Below are positions 26,881 to 40,399 of a DNA stretch of 64,000 nt, piece after piece. This stretch comes from Octopus vulgaris (taxonomy: Eukaryota): contig OX597814.1 in the NCBI GenBank assembly GCA_951406725.2, forward strand, positions 180,792,001-180,856,000, written 5' to 3'. Within the stretch, counting starts at the first letter, position 1; each line of letters starts with the position of its first letter. The position numbers and the translations under genes are program-made. The notes beneath the pieces were generated by a model. The model was not told the origin of the DNA. It saw only the letters and a program-made list of their open reading frames with translations, and ran no database searches.

Positions 26881-27638
26881 TCAAAGTCATTCTACTATTT
26901 TTTCAGGCATAATGTATCTCGAACTATATTTTCTTGACCAATATGAACTTTTTTTAAACGGTAGGTGTGATGTGAAGGAGATTTTATTGCTATTTCTAGA
27001 TGATCGAGCAATTTTATCTTTATCGCTTGCTTGCGTATGGCATAGACTATCGTTGGGTTTATCAAACTTTTTAATCATACACCTCCTTTGACAAAATTTA
27101 ATTTCCATTCATAGCCAAACAAATTAATCATATATTAAATAACAAAACATAATTAATCATCAGTGCTTAATAGAGTTAACATGAGAAAAGTATACGATTT
27201 GCAGTGGTGCAATTACAATATGACTGAAAAATGATCAACATAAGAAAGTTAGCTATAAATGCAAAAGTACCTTTAATGCTTGAATTAATTTTTAAAAGAG
27301 AAGGAAGATTTGATGGACATGGAAATGATGAATATTTAATTGCAATTTTATGAGTTTGAGCCGCAAATCACTACGTCCTATGTTCAAATTTTTCTCTATT
27401 TACTTAGAAAATAATACACAAGGCAAAACCCAAATTTTACGGTTTAGGAACTTGGAGAAACTAGTAAGGCGGATTCAACAGCTGCACAAAGCTTGGAATA
27501 TTTTGCTTAAATTTTATCTAGATAAATCACTTTCAGAAACTCTAATCTATCGTTTAGTATACTCGCGCGCGCTGGCACGCATGCACGCACGCTAGCTCGC
27601 ACGCACACACGCACGCACGCACATACATACATACATAC

Positions 27639-27671
<33 letters not shown>

Positions 27672-27800
27672 TACATACATACATACTTACACACACACAC
27701 GCGCACATACATACATACATACATACATACATACATACATACATACATACATACATACATACATACATACATACATACATACATACGAGAGAGAGAGAGT

Positions 27801-28272
27801 CAATTATGCGGATAAACAAATTAAATATAACAGCTTGGGAATGAAATACAAAATATGTATATATGTTTACATGCAAGACGAGAGAAAGAGTGGAGGCTTT
27901 CAGACGGTGAATATTTGAGTTTAAATATATAGATAAATATATAGATATTCAAATTAATAGATCCAACTTACACAGAGTACAAACTACAGAGAAATTAAAG
28001 GGGAGGAATTAAAGTGCTGTAAATCCAACAATTGTTTTTTTTGGGGGGGGGGCGGGGCTCAAAGATCCGTATTCCATACCCAAGCTGTTATATTTAATAT
28101 ATTCAATTTGTTTATCCTCATAATTGCCTTGACATTTGCTGAACTTGATTCCTCTTATAGCCATTCTTTACTCCATGGAATTTATCCCCTGTAAAAACAT
28201 CGGAGTCTAAGTTAAGTTCGAATCATATGAGCGCTACTAAATGTCTTCCAGGGTGAGAATCTCTGGATCTCA
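27801..28272. mobile_element. Penelope-like remnant with inverted terminal segment
   Basis: 27801-27849 is the reverse complement of 28069-28126. Palindrome AACAATTGTT at 28027-28036. Flanked by microsatellites. Confidence 0.5.
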
Positions 28273-28394
28273 TATATATATATATATATATATATACATA
28301 GTTGGACAAGTATCTTCTACTGTAACCTTGGACCGACCAAAGCCTTGTGAGTGGATTTGGAAGACGTAAACTGAAAGAAGCCTGTCGTATATAA

Positions 28395-28425
<31 letters not shown>

Positions 28426-28605
28426 AGAAAGTTGGTTTGTGAAAGCACGTGGGTGAATATATAAAAAATAGTAAAGAGTGAAAAAACGACAGAAGGCTTA
28501 AATGTTAAAAAAATATATATATTTTTGCGTCAATATGTCTGAAGAATATTAGAAAATTTAAAAAAAAAAAAAATTTTTTTCTCTTTTATAATGACATAAT
28601 TTTTA

Positions 28606-28644
28606 AAGAAAGACCGGTTTCGCAGTTAGCTTTTCAAATTTCTT
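28606..28644 (-). ncRNA. Minimal hammerhead candidate, U3:A8 variant
   Basis: Minus strand: AAGAAA-t-TTGAAAA-GC taact GC-GAA-ACCGGT-C-TTTCTT. Confidence 0.55.
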
Positions 28645-28920
28645 GTGACGTTATGTTTATGTTGAATAGAGTTATCCTTGTGTTTATGCTCCGGAGAGTT
28701 CTAAATAAGGGAAGGTAGTGGGTGATTTCTTCCGGTGTAAGGGAGATAATCGCTAAAAAAAATTTTTTTTTTTTTTTATTTTTTCCCTTTCCCTTAATGT
28801 GAATTTCTCTGTATCAGTATATAATCATTCCCAAAGTTGATTGACATATAGCGATACGTAAAACCGAATCAGAAAATTTCTATTGAGACTTTTTATTTAT
28901 TTATTTATTTATTTATTTAT

Positions 28921-28962
28921 GTGCCCGAAGGGGCCTAGAACGGGTCGAAACATGTGTCGTAC
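28921..28962 (+). ncRNA. Degenerate minimal hammerhead
   Basis: GTGC-CCGAAGG-GGCC tagaacg GGTC-GAA-AC atgt GT-C-GTAC. All three helices can form; the core has two substitutions. Confidence 0.55.
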
Positions 28963-29472
28963 TAAATAAAATCTTTTATTCCATCTATTTTATTAATACT
29001 GTTACCTCAACCGTCACTACAAACTTCCTGCAATAAATCTACGGGTAACCACAGACAATCAATACATACATATATATATATGTATCTATGTATGTATATT
29101 TGTGTGTGTGTGTGTGTGTGCGCGCGCGCGCGCGCGCGTGTTTGTCCCTCACTATCGCTTGACAGCCGATGTTGGTGTGTTTTCGTCCCCGTAACTTAGC
29201 AATTCTGAAAAGGAGACGATAGAATAAGATCTAGACTTACAAAGAATAAGTAGGGGTTGATTTGTTCGACTAATTGCAGTGCTCCAGCATGGCCGCAGTC
29301 AAATGACTGAAACAAGTAAAAGAATACACGAACAAAAGAATATACGTTTTGTTCGTCTTTTCTGAACAATAAAATTTCTTAAAAAATTCACGAAAATTCA
29401 TGTAATTTACCCACCCACTAAAGTTTATTTTTATTTTTGCGAAAAAGTCCGTAACTTACATGGGTTTTTACA

Positions 29473-29524
<52 letters not shown>

Positions 29525-30198
29525 TACTGTAAAAAAAAAAGTAAGCCAACTAGTGAGAGAAATATTATTTAATAAACACAATGTACCTAAATAAATAGGT
29601 GTGTGTGTCCATACAAAAATGTATATAGATACATATGTATACACATATATAGATGTTACGTGTAAGTAACTGATTCTTTTGAAGTTGCTTTTTACCATAA
29701 TTTCGTATAGATAGGATGACCCGAGAATATTACACCAGACTTACAAAACTATGTCCATCACAGCTCTCCTTAATGTACTTGCAGTGTGATTGATATCTTA
29801 AATCATTTGGGATACTTGACGCTGCCGACGGCTGAGCAGACTCGCACCGTGCGTTGTACCTAATACTGGTGTCGCTGTTAACACTATTCCGTAGCCTGTC
29901 ATAGCCTACTGCAACCTACCGCAGCCTGCCACTTCCTGTCAAAATCCTGTTCGAACACGTGGGCGTAAAACTTAAGATAAGCAGGTCTTGCTTTTAATTG
30001 CATTAAATACTACGTTACCTGAGCTGACCAAAAGAGGCCTCACACCTAGAAGGCGTCTTGAATTTGATTCAAAATCTCACGTGTTTTTTTTTTAATTGTT
30101 GCACAATATATATCGCACGTGCGTGTGTGTGAGTGTGTGAGTGCGTGTGTGTAGATATAAATATACATATACACATATATACTTATGCATACATACAT

Positions 30199-30255
<57 letters not shown>

Positions 30256-30261
<6 letters not shown>

Positions 30262-30429
30262 AAGGAGCTTCTACAGGACTAGAACTGTTTCATTCAGATG
30301 TCCTGAAGATTTCATCTGAATGAAACAGTTCTAGTCCTGTAGAAGCTCCTTCTATAAAATAAATTACTTTACTCTGCTATGTATTGAGTACCTTATTTAC
30401 TGTGGTTAACCCCGACTCAACCCGGGACC

Positions 30430-30432
<3 letters not shown>
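30256..30432 (+). mobile_element. Short Penelope-like element with a perfect 45 bp hairpin
   Basis: Arms 30256-30300 and 30313-30357, 12 nt loop containing CTGAAGA, GAAAC at 30322. Embedded in (TA)n. Confidence 0.75.
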
Positions 30433-30460
<28 letters not shown>

Positions 30461-30464
<4 letters not shown>

Positions 30465-30610
30465 CTTCCTTGGATCTTTCCTTTTCCTATATTTCTGACG
30501 AAGAGCTCCGCTCGAAATGTTAAATCCTCCTTCTTTCATTCCTTTCATGAGCGTCCACTAACACCATACTTGTTCCACGTCCTCGCGTTGTTGTGTTTTC
30601 ATGTTTGGAT

Positions 30611-30625
<15 letters not shown>
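30461..30625 (+). mobile_element. Family H1 short element with hammerhead motif at 30491-30525
   Basis: ATTT-CTGACGA-A-GAGC tcc GCTC-GAA-ATGT-T-AAAT; (TA)n on both sides. Confidence 0.7.
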
Positions 30626-30673
<48 letters not shown>

Positions 30674-31483
30674 AGAGAGAGAGAGAGGGGAGATAAAGAT
30701 AAATTAAGTATAGAGATATACTATTGACAATCCAATAATTTATCTATAATATTACATTAAATACTATGAATATAATATGACATAACATAATACTATATAA
30801 CGTAAATAATTATAAAACCATAAAAGCCAACAAATTGTTTCGATTTATATATATTTTTCTGATATACATAATCATTGCTCCATTTTCTATAAAGTCACTT
30901 CAGGGTCATGGTTTTAAAAAAAGACGAAATTCCGTATGAAAGGACGACTGGATTGTAAAAATGAATTCAAATACCTGTGTTATGAGCGTGAGCATTACCT
31001 ATTCAATCATACATCAATTACAATTTTAAAAAAACAACAAAAACACTTTAACGGACGATGCAATCAATCAAATGCAATCCACAACCAGCGAAATTTACTT
31101 CATTACATCTCAAACTCATACCAATTGAAACCCTTTCATGTCAAAGATAGTCGTTTGTCACCACAACATGCAACAATAAGATATGTGTGTATATAAATGT
31201 ATATGATTAAGTATCTAAGTCTTCTACGTATAACTGCAACAAAAAATATATAAACAATTACATCTTCGATACAACAACTCAAAAATTATTGTTTAAATTA
31301 ACTAATAATAATCTTCTATATTTATTATTTTCTCGGACGGATAATTCTGTAGTAGATATGAACAGAAACCTAATGAAAACTTTTCTCTTTGTTTACTTAA
31401 TCTATCGCAGGGAGAATACTTGTAATAATTCCGTAATAATTGTTAATATAGACTTAAGGCTGTAAATGCGATAACCAAAATAC

Positions 31484-31639
<156 letters not shown>

Positions 31640-33088
31640 TTTTATAGTCTACGGCAAAGGAAATCAAATTTGATAATTTTTTAGGAGTAACCAGATTTGA
31701 AGTTACTTAAATAATGGATGTTATACACACATCATGGAATGTAGAATTTAGTGAATCGACAGAAATCATCAACACAAACCAAACAAGTAACAAATACAGT
31801 TTTCGATGGACTAATCTATATTATTATTTACAAAATGAGGGACCACATATGGAGTATATTCAAATTCTATCAAAACTTTCAGAAGTAACAAACAACGTTG
31901 CTGTAATAAGAATACAATTTATAAACTATACAGTACTATAATAATTATTATTTTGGTCATTAAATTTATTTAGTAAGTCAAATGAAACAATTTTATATTT
32001 TCTAACACACACATATATACATAAATATATACACATATATACATATATATACACACATATACACATACATACACATATACACATACATATATATATACAC
32101 ACATACACAAATACATATATATCCATATACATATATACACATACATATACACATATTCACACATACATGTACACACATGCATACGTACATATATATTTAA
32201 AAAATCCCAAATTAGTTAACTTAGACTAGTACTGTTGAACCTATCTCTATTCCTAAAGGTGTATTCATGGTTTGCTATCCTTTTTTTGATAAAATGTTCT
32301 GTAGACCCTATGTAAAAACATTTTCTTCGTTCTGAATCCACCCTACATCTATATACAATATTATTCCGTTTTAAAAAATATTAAATAAGCATTTACCCTT
32401 ATATCTACAATCACAGTTTCTAGCTAGATCATTATCTGTAATAGTATTGCTATTTTTTTTTTTTATTATGAAAATTTACAAACTTTTATTATTAAAGGAG
32501 GAGATAATTCTAAACAAATTTTTAGATACTGAAAAACCTATTCTAATCCTTTTATCATTAATTATTTTATAATATTTATGTTCTTTATTAAAGTGCTTAG
32601 ATATAGATCCGTAAAATAGCTTGACTAGATTCGTTTTTAATTGTCGTGCGTAAGGAATGATAAACTAAATATAATTATCTTCATTATACTTAACATCATT
32701 GGGTGTATTTCGGCTGGCATATGGCGTATATTTATTATCATTAGACCTAAGTTTATTTAAATAATTATTTTTATTCAGGGTATATTTACTACTCTTGTTC
32801 GTATTAATATTAACGCTATTGTTGATCATATCATTACTATTTACAAATAAACTGGATATCTTTCAGCTTTTATATTTACCCACTTCGTTGTCCATCAATT
32901 TTCCATTATTATAAGATTGGTTGTAGTTCCCATTCTTATTAAATATATACTATACTACTCCAGTATCCTGCCTTTTTAAGTGCATTATTATAGTATTCTG
33001 CATTTATATCGAATTCAACTAACGTACCAGTGAACTGGATGTTTAACACACCTCTTTGAAGGATTTCTCTTCCTCAGTTTGTTACTTT

Positions 33089-33178
<90 letters not shown>

Positions 33179-33185
33179 ACAAACA

Positions 33186-33400
33186 CACATGACAGAAGTA
33201 AATAAATACCCCATAAAACATCGCTTTATATTTATTCTAACTTGTAAAGGTTTGTATTGTTTATTAATTGACATTTTTATGTTTCAGGTTCTATATGTGA
33301 CTGTTTAATCATGACATGTATAAAAGAAGCCTTGGAATTGTCTGAATTTCAAAGAGACCATACTGTGGGTCAATTTGAAGGTGGACATAGCGTAAACGTC
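33186..33400 (+). mobile_element. Tc1-like 5' fragment
   Basis: ATG at 33311: MTCIKEALELSEFQRDHTVGQFEGGHS resembles the Tc1 HTH start (ELSEFQRGRIVG). Confidence 0.55.
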
Positions 33401-33540
33401 AATCTACTACCGCCCTCACCGTCTCTATGCCTACTATTACTCTGACCTCAGCATGGGGAATAGTAGAAGTGTCACGAATAGTGAGAGAGGGAGTCAAGGT
33501 GTGACACACTGACACACAGAAATTCGTTTGGGAATTTATC

Positions 33541-33599
<59 letters not shown>

Positions 33600-34485
33600 C
33601 GTATGTATGTATATGTATGTATATGTATATGTATATATATATATGTGTGTGTGTGTGTGTATGCATGTATATACATGTGAGTGTGTCTGTGTGTATATTA
33701 TGTGGCAAGGCCTCAACATGTAGAAAAGCACTCGATCAGCCAAAGGAGTAAAGATAATGTTATAATAAAAACCGCAAAACTAGTTAAATACACATACATA
33801 AACATGCACACAAACTTATCAGTATCAATATATCAATATATCAGCAAACGATCATGCAATTATTTTTTCTTCAACTTCTTTCTCGTCTTGTTTACCCCTT
33901 TTCTTCATATTTTTCTTCATTTAATCATTTTAGCCTAACTTATAACTTTTATGTTTTTTATCCATATACAAATGATCCATAAAAATGTTTCTTTATACTT
34001 TTCAATCCAACCGTCATTTACTTTTAAAAACACTTCTTTATAAACTAGGCGTATACTGGTTTATAGTAGGCGCATGAGGATAAAGATTAACGATTGCTAT
34101 TGTCTGATGAAACCTATCCCTGGCAGAACCTCAAACCCGATGACTAATCTTTTCCCTCTAGAAATAAATTTTATGATGGTGGTTTGCGTGTTCTCCTTAA
34201 TACGTGCCAGCAGATACGTGCCAACAGATGTTGTTGTGTACCTCAAATGTGAACAACTCTCTTTCACGACGATAATGTGTTCATAAAACTCTTTTCATTC
34301 TTGCCAGAAATACTCTGATCTTTGAGCCTAAACAAGCCATTGGCTTTGCTTATAATTTCAGCGAACAAACTATTTTCTTATCACTGTTTATATTTGCCAG
34401 TCGATACAAAAGTCGTTATTTGCAATGTCTGCAGCGAATTCTGAAACAATGCGAATGGCATTTTTTTAATTAAATTTTATACTGT

Positions 34486-34624
34486 AGGCGCATGCGTGGA
34501 TGTGTGATAAGAAGTTTGCCTCCCAACTACATGGTTCTAATTTCAGTCCCACTGCCTGGCACATTGGACAAGTGTATTCAAGACTTGTAAGTGTATCTTA
34601 TAAAGGAAACTGAAAGAAGCCCGT

Positions 34625-34722
<98 letters not shown>

Positions 34723-34938
34723 TGTGTGTGTGTTTATGCTTGTCTCGCCACCACCGCTTGACAACTGGTATTGGTTTGTTTACACACCTACTCCCCTAAC
34801 TTAGCCGTTCGGCGAAAGAGATCGATAGAATAAGTAGTAGATTTTAAAATTAGTACTAGGTTCGATTCGTTCGACTGAAACCCTTCAGGGCGGTGCCCCA
34901 GTAGTCCACTGGCGGAAGCAAGTAAAAGATAAAAGATA
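34486..34938 (+). mobile_element. Older SINE family A copy with (TG)n core
   Basis: Head GGCGCATGCGTGGATGTGTG, tail AAGTAAAAGATAAAAGAT. Confidence 0.8.
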
Positions 34939-35186
34939 CACTTAGATGCTTTGAGTAATCCTCAGGTAATGTTTGACACTTTTAATGAGTGATTGTACGC
35001 AAAAGACTCAGTAGAGATATTTTCTAGCCAATTTAATGGAATAGACCTGCACAAAGTAGGCGCAAACTATATTGGTGTTATTTTTTAATTATTTAGAAAA
35101 AATACTCATGTCATACTGAATACGAAAGCGTAAAAGTTCAGGTAAATGACCTGCTTTTAACAAATAAATTCTCACCATTTGTAATA

Positions 35187-35248
<62 letters not shown>

Positions 35249-35437
35249 AAACTAAAAAGGTCACGAAGCACAGAAAAATAACTCTTGGTATTTTCGCCGA
35301 CCTGACAATCGTCCATTGTAGTAGGAATCACGTGATTCTAAGAAGCACAAGTAAATAATAGCTTGGGTAGGAATTATATTTCTAGATAGGGCGACAGAGA
35401 GAGAGGAGGGGGAGGAAGACAGAGACACTTTTCTTTT

Positions 35438-35491
<54 letters not shown>

Positions 35492-36224
35492 CATTGAAAA
35501 CATTACTGTGTTCTTGTTTTTATCTTTCTATCAAGGTTTTTATATTTTTGTTTGTGCTACTTGCAGCTTGGAACAGTAAAGTTCAATATTTCTTTCTGAT
35601 CCTTCATAATGAAGTAATATTGGCATGTTACTACTTCTTTATTGTCGCCAAAGCCAATCTGACTTGTGTAGCTATTACTGCTACAATTAAAACTTTTAGT
35701 GTTAAGTTTATACATCATTAGTCAGGTGATCACTTTTTTCTGTGACAAGTGCATGTTGTCTGTGCGTCTGTTTCCGCACTGTTCCATTTATGTATGTTCT
35801 ATTCCTTTCAAAAAATCTCTACTTGGGGTGGTGTTTTTTTGTGGAATATAAATGTGTTGTCTACTAAGATTCTTCTACATAATTTTCTTCTAATTTGTGT
35901 TGTGCAGTGCTTTGCAATTGCTTCTTGTCCTAAGTATATCTTTATCCGGCGAAAGAGAGAGGGAGAGAGAGATAAAGAGAGAGAGAGTCACGCTTACATG
36001 AACAATGTATCGGTTTACAGCTTCCAATTTTGCAATTGTATACATCACTTTGGTTGTTTGTAGCTTCTTCGAAAGTTTACATACTTATCGATTGTTACTG
36101 ATATAAGTTATTTTTTGTTTAACTTTAGTGCTTTTATGTAAAATATACAAAACCATAAAAAAAATCGAAAAAAATGCATCTTACCATCATAAAAGTTTTA
36201 TCCTTAATTTCTTAGATTAATAGA

Positions 36225-37215
36225 AGAGACCTTCTGGAATATCCTACGGAGCTATAAGGATTCTGAGAAGCATGTCGGCATTATGAAGAGTCTCAACTTA
36301 AATTCAAAATATTGTCTACGAGCAGAAGCAAGCGACACTGACTTCCTTTCATTCAACAGAGATGTGAGAAAGGGTTGTGTACTCTCATCTTTCTAGTTCC
36401 TTGATGTTATAATATACTGAATTTACTAGGTCATCATATTGGACTCGCGTGGACAAATGACAAGAACCCCAACCTGAACTTCGTAGATGACCAGTCCTGT
36501 TTTTGCTGAAGAAGAGCGAAAAAGTAAGAAATGGCCATCAGCTCATAGAGTATCAGTGGAAATAGTATCTGATCATTGAAGTTGATAAAAACTAAAGTAA
36601 TTGTCATTTAGGAACTTGATTTAAGTACACCTAGAAGAATGTGAATACTTCAAGTACTTTGGCATTGACATCAGACGTAAAGATGTGGAAAAAGAAGTTA
36701 ATATCAGGATTGGTGGAGCTAATAGTACTTTTCTCAAATTAAGAAGAATCTGAAAAGCTTACAGCATCAGTATGAAGATCAAACTCCAGCTATTGTCAAA
36801 CATCGTCGCTAATCCTCTCTGTAGTTTCTCATTAAGGAAATAGAATAACGAAGACGTTGAACATCTAACAAAAATGCATGCGTAAAACATACCATATTTG
36901 GTACTGTGACTGATTCACCTTCTTGGGATACTAAAGTTCAGGGCTCCCATTCACGCTAAATTAGTTACAGGTCAACAAGAGAAATGAAGTGGCTTATACA
37001 TGTAACCAGCATAGATTCCTTCCGTCTCGGGCGGTTTTCACAGAGTATCACGAAGAAAGGACATCCGAAGAAGTGGCTGACAGTACTGAAAAGAGATCTC
37101 CCGAATAATGCCAAGAGTTGTAATGAAGCTTGTAATCTGACATTTGGTTGTATGACTGGAAAGCTCTGGTAGCCACATGTTCTTTAAACAGAAGAACCTA
37201 ACCAACTAAGTAACT
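36225..37215 (+). mobile_element. 5'-truncated decayed RTE-clade LINE, RT domain to 3' end
   Basis: RDVRKGCVLS (GVRQGCVLS), LNFVDD (FADD), FKYFG, DVEKEVNIRIGGANSTF.KLRRI, MKWLIHV, KGHPKKW; short ACTAAGTAACT tail. Confidence 0.85.
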
Positions 37216-37642
37216 AGCTATAATAAATTTTTATTGTCTATTATGGCCTGGAGTAATGCACTTTGTGTTCTATTTTATGAGCATTTTGATAAATTGTTTG
37301 TCTGTCTATAGTTAGTATGCTTGTCATTTATATACTGTTATTTATATAATGTTTAATGTTGCTAGCTTGCAAAATTGTTAACGCGTTGGATAAAATGCTT
37401 AGCGACATTTTTTTCTGGTTCTTTAAGTTCTGAGTCCAAATTTCAACATGGTCGACTTCGTCTTTCATCATTTCAAGATTGATAAAATAAGTTGAATATA
37501 AGGATCGCTGTAATTGGTTATTAGTGACAGGCGTGGTATTAGTTCAAAATAGAAATTTGTGTAGCATACTTTAAGCAAATACTGCTCCTGTCGCTAATAA
37601 CGAAATTTCATTCAGCCTATAGGCTAATTACAACACCAGTAA

Positions 37643-37699
<57 letters not shown>

Positions 37700-37887
37700 T
37701 ATATTACACAACCATACTGGGAGCCATTCCTGACTGAGGTATATGATGTGTTAGCCATGCGAGGTGATTGAATTAAATTTTATATTTATGTATACGTGTG
37801 TTTGCGTGTGCGTGCGTAGGTGTATATATATACGTAATATATGCGTGTAAATATATGTGTGTATGTATGTGCCTGTTTGCTTGCGTA

Positions 37888-37945
<58 letters not shown>

Positions 37946-38310
37946 TACACATACAAACACGCACATACATACAGGCACATATTTATACACGTCTGTATTA
38001 CGTATACACACACACACAATAAAGGAGTGGAAATTTCAGACAGTACATTTGTCCGAGCTTCAACAAGTTTTAATGCAGCCATCTAACTCGTAAATATTTT
38101 TCTACCATCTTATTTCTCTTATAAGTAGATACACGTCTTGTTTTTTCTGGTACTTATTCTTTTATACTTTGTTTTACTTCCGTTCTTTCTTTTGGTAATG
38201 TCAGGATTTTGTTTTTACAAAACTACGATTTTATTATTCATTGTTTTTAAATTGTCTGTAATTATCGTCATAAATCATCGATTCTTTAGACCGGCCAACG
38301 CATTATTATT

Positions 38311-38373
<63 letters not shown>

Positions 38374-39084
38374 GTCTCTTTCGCTATATCTTACGGTAAT
38401 TCTTTCGGAAATGATTACGCACTTCATTGAAATTCAACTCTCTACCACCTTCCACAGCTAGCATTCTGTTTAATTCATTTCTCTCTTTGAAGCCATAAGC
38501 ATTTCTATATAAATAGATTCATTGGAGTTTTATGATGCGAAATTAAATCACTTCCTTTTATCATACTTTGCACATAAACATTCTCGGACTTTTTCGGGTT
38601 TTTTTAAAAAAAAACACCTTTCTGAAAATGAGCAACTTCGATTTTAGACCCAGTAACAATTGAGTTTACATAAACAAACTACGGGCCCAGAGACTAATTG
38701 TCGAACATAGTTCAATTTGAGATATAAGATAGCCAATACTGGAAAATTATTTCTTGCTTTCATAACTCGTTGATTTATCATTTTGATGTGTTCTGTGTCC
38801 TATTGGTTATTTTTATATTCAAATATTATCACCTGTTTGGTGTTGGGCATTGCCGTATAGGCCTCCTACCCAAAATGTTATCAGATGTTAGAGATGAAAT
38901 ATCTTTTAACCTGAAAACAGCTGCTATTAGCGTTGTTGTTGTTTAACCCCCAAGTCATCCCCGACTGAGAAAGCTTACGATCAAAAGCATTCTGTGCATG
39001 ACCATATTTTTTTTCCTTTTTTTTTCAGGAATAGTGTAATCGAACTACATATTCGGGTGGGTGTGATATGAGGCCACTATTTCT

Positions 39085-39493
39085 TATTTCTTTATTGCCC
39101 ACAAGGAGCTTAACATAGAGGGAACAAACAAGGACAGACAAAGGAATTAAGTCGATTACGTCGACCCCAGTGCGTAACTGGTACTTAATTTATCAACCCC
39201 GAAAGGATGAAAGGCAAAGTCGACCTCGGCGGAATTTGAACGCAGAACGTAAAGACAGAAGAAATGCCTATTTCTTTACTACCCACAAGGGGCTAAACAT
39301 AGAAGGGACAAGCAAGGACAGACAAAGGAATTAAGTCGATTACATCGACCCCAGTGCGTAACTGGTACTTAATTTATCGACCCCGAAAGGATGAAAGGCA
39401 AAGTCGACCTCGGCAGAATTTGAACTCAGAACGTAAAGACGGAAGAAATACCGCTAAGCATTTCGCCCGGCGTGCTAATGTTTCTGCCAGCTC
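39085..39493 (-). mobile_element. Head-to-tail partial dimer of SINE family B
   Basis: TSD GCCACTATTTCT at 39073-39084 and 39494-39505; internal junction at 39268/39269. Confidence 0.92.
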
Positions 39494-40399
39494 GCCACTA
39501 TTTCTAACAAGTCGAAGGACTAGCAGCGGTTCCTTCATTGATTCATGTGGTTTGGATTTCTCCATTCACTGACAATGTGCTTGCTTGGAAAGTGTTAAAA
39601 CTGTATAAGAATGATGACTATTCGTTGCAAATGAGGAAAAGTGCAAGGTAGGTTATTTCATGTTTGTAAGATTAATTGAATTGAAATGAAAGTAGGTTGT
39701 TAATCGATGAGTACGCGATAAATAAACGGGCTCTGAGACAGTCGCAATTTGAGAGAGTTAACAGCATCAAACATTGTAGTGATCAGATGTCTGGTCAGAA
39801 AACGTCCTATGCAATGGTCTAATGACACGCAGACTTGACAGGCTAGCAGCATTGTCAGGAAATTCACACATTAGATACAGCGAAACTTCGTTATTGCTAA
39901 TGACCATAACTTTTTCCGACAAAGTTTTGATAAACAGGAGACCGGTAAGGGAAGATGTATGCGAGGTGTGTTTTGCAGATTTCCAGAAGCAAGTTAATTT
40001 CGCGATGAAAAAGAAAGGATATTCAAGCTGTTATTTAGCTATATCTACATATCTTTAAGTAGGTGCTGGTATAAATTGTTAGCCTGCTGTACCAAGATTA
40101 GTTTCTTCTTTATTAAAACTAGAGAAGAAACATATCAGTGCCCTATTCAGCAAGGGGGTTGTCTTTTACCTGTTTAGAATAAGCAAAATTGGGAATAAGT
40201 ACTAGTTCTAGCAATCACTGTGATTCGGGAGAAAAATGTCCTCAAAATGTTGGGATAAGGCCCACATTAAAAGATAGGACGCCACATGATTGACTGAAAA
40301 GTTCATTTTATAGTGTTCTTTTGGTGTCCAAGACTTTCAGAAATATGATCTAACTATATTTGATCTGACGTCTACCAAGGCCAGCAATTTCGGAGAAAG

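Larger units (their letters stand above)
28301..29326 (+). mobile_element. SINE family A split by about 640 bp of Penelope-like inserts in its internal microsatellite
   Basis: 5' half at 28301-28390 and 3' half at 29140-29326. The insert ~28425-29065 holds two hammerhead-like motifs. Confidence 0.85.
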
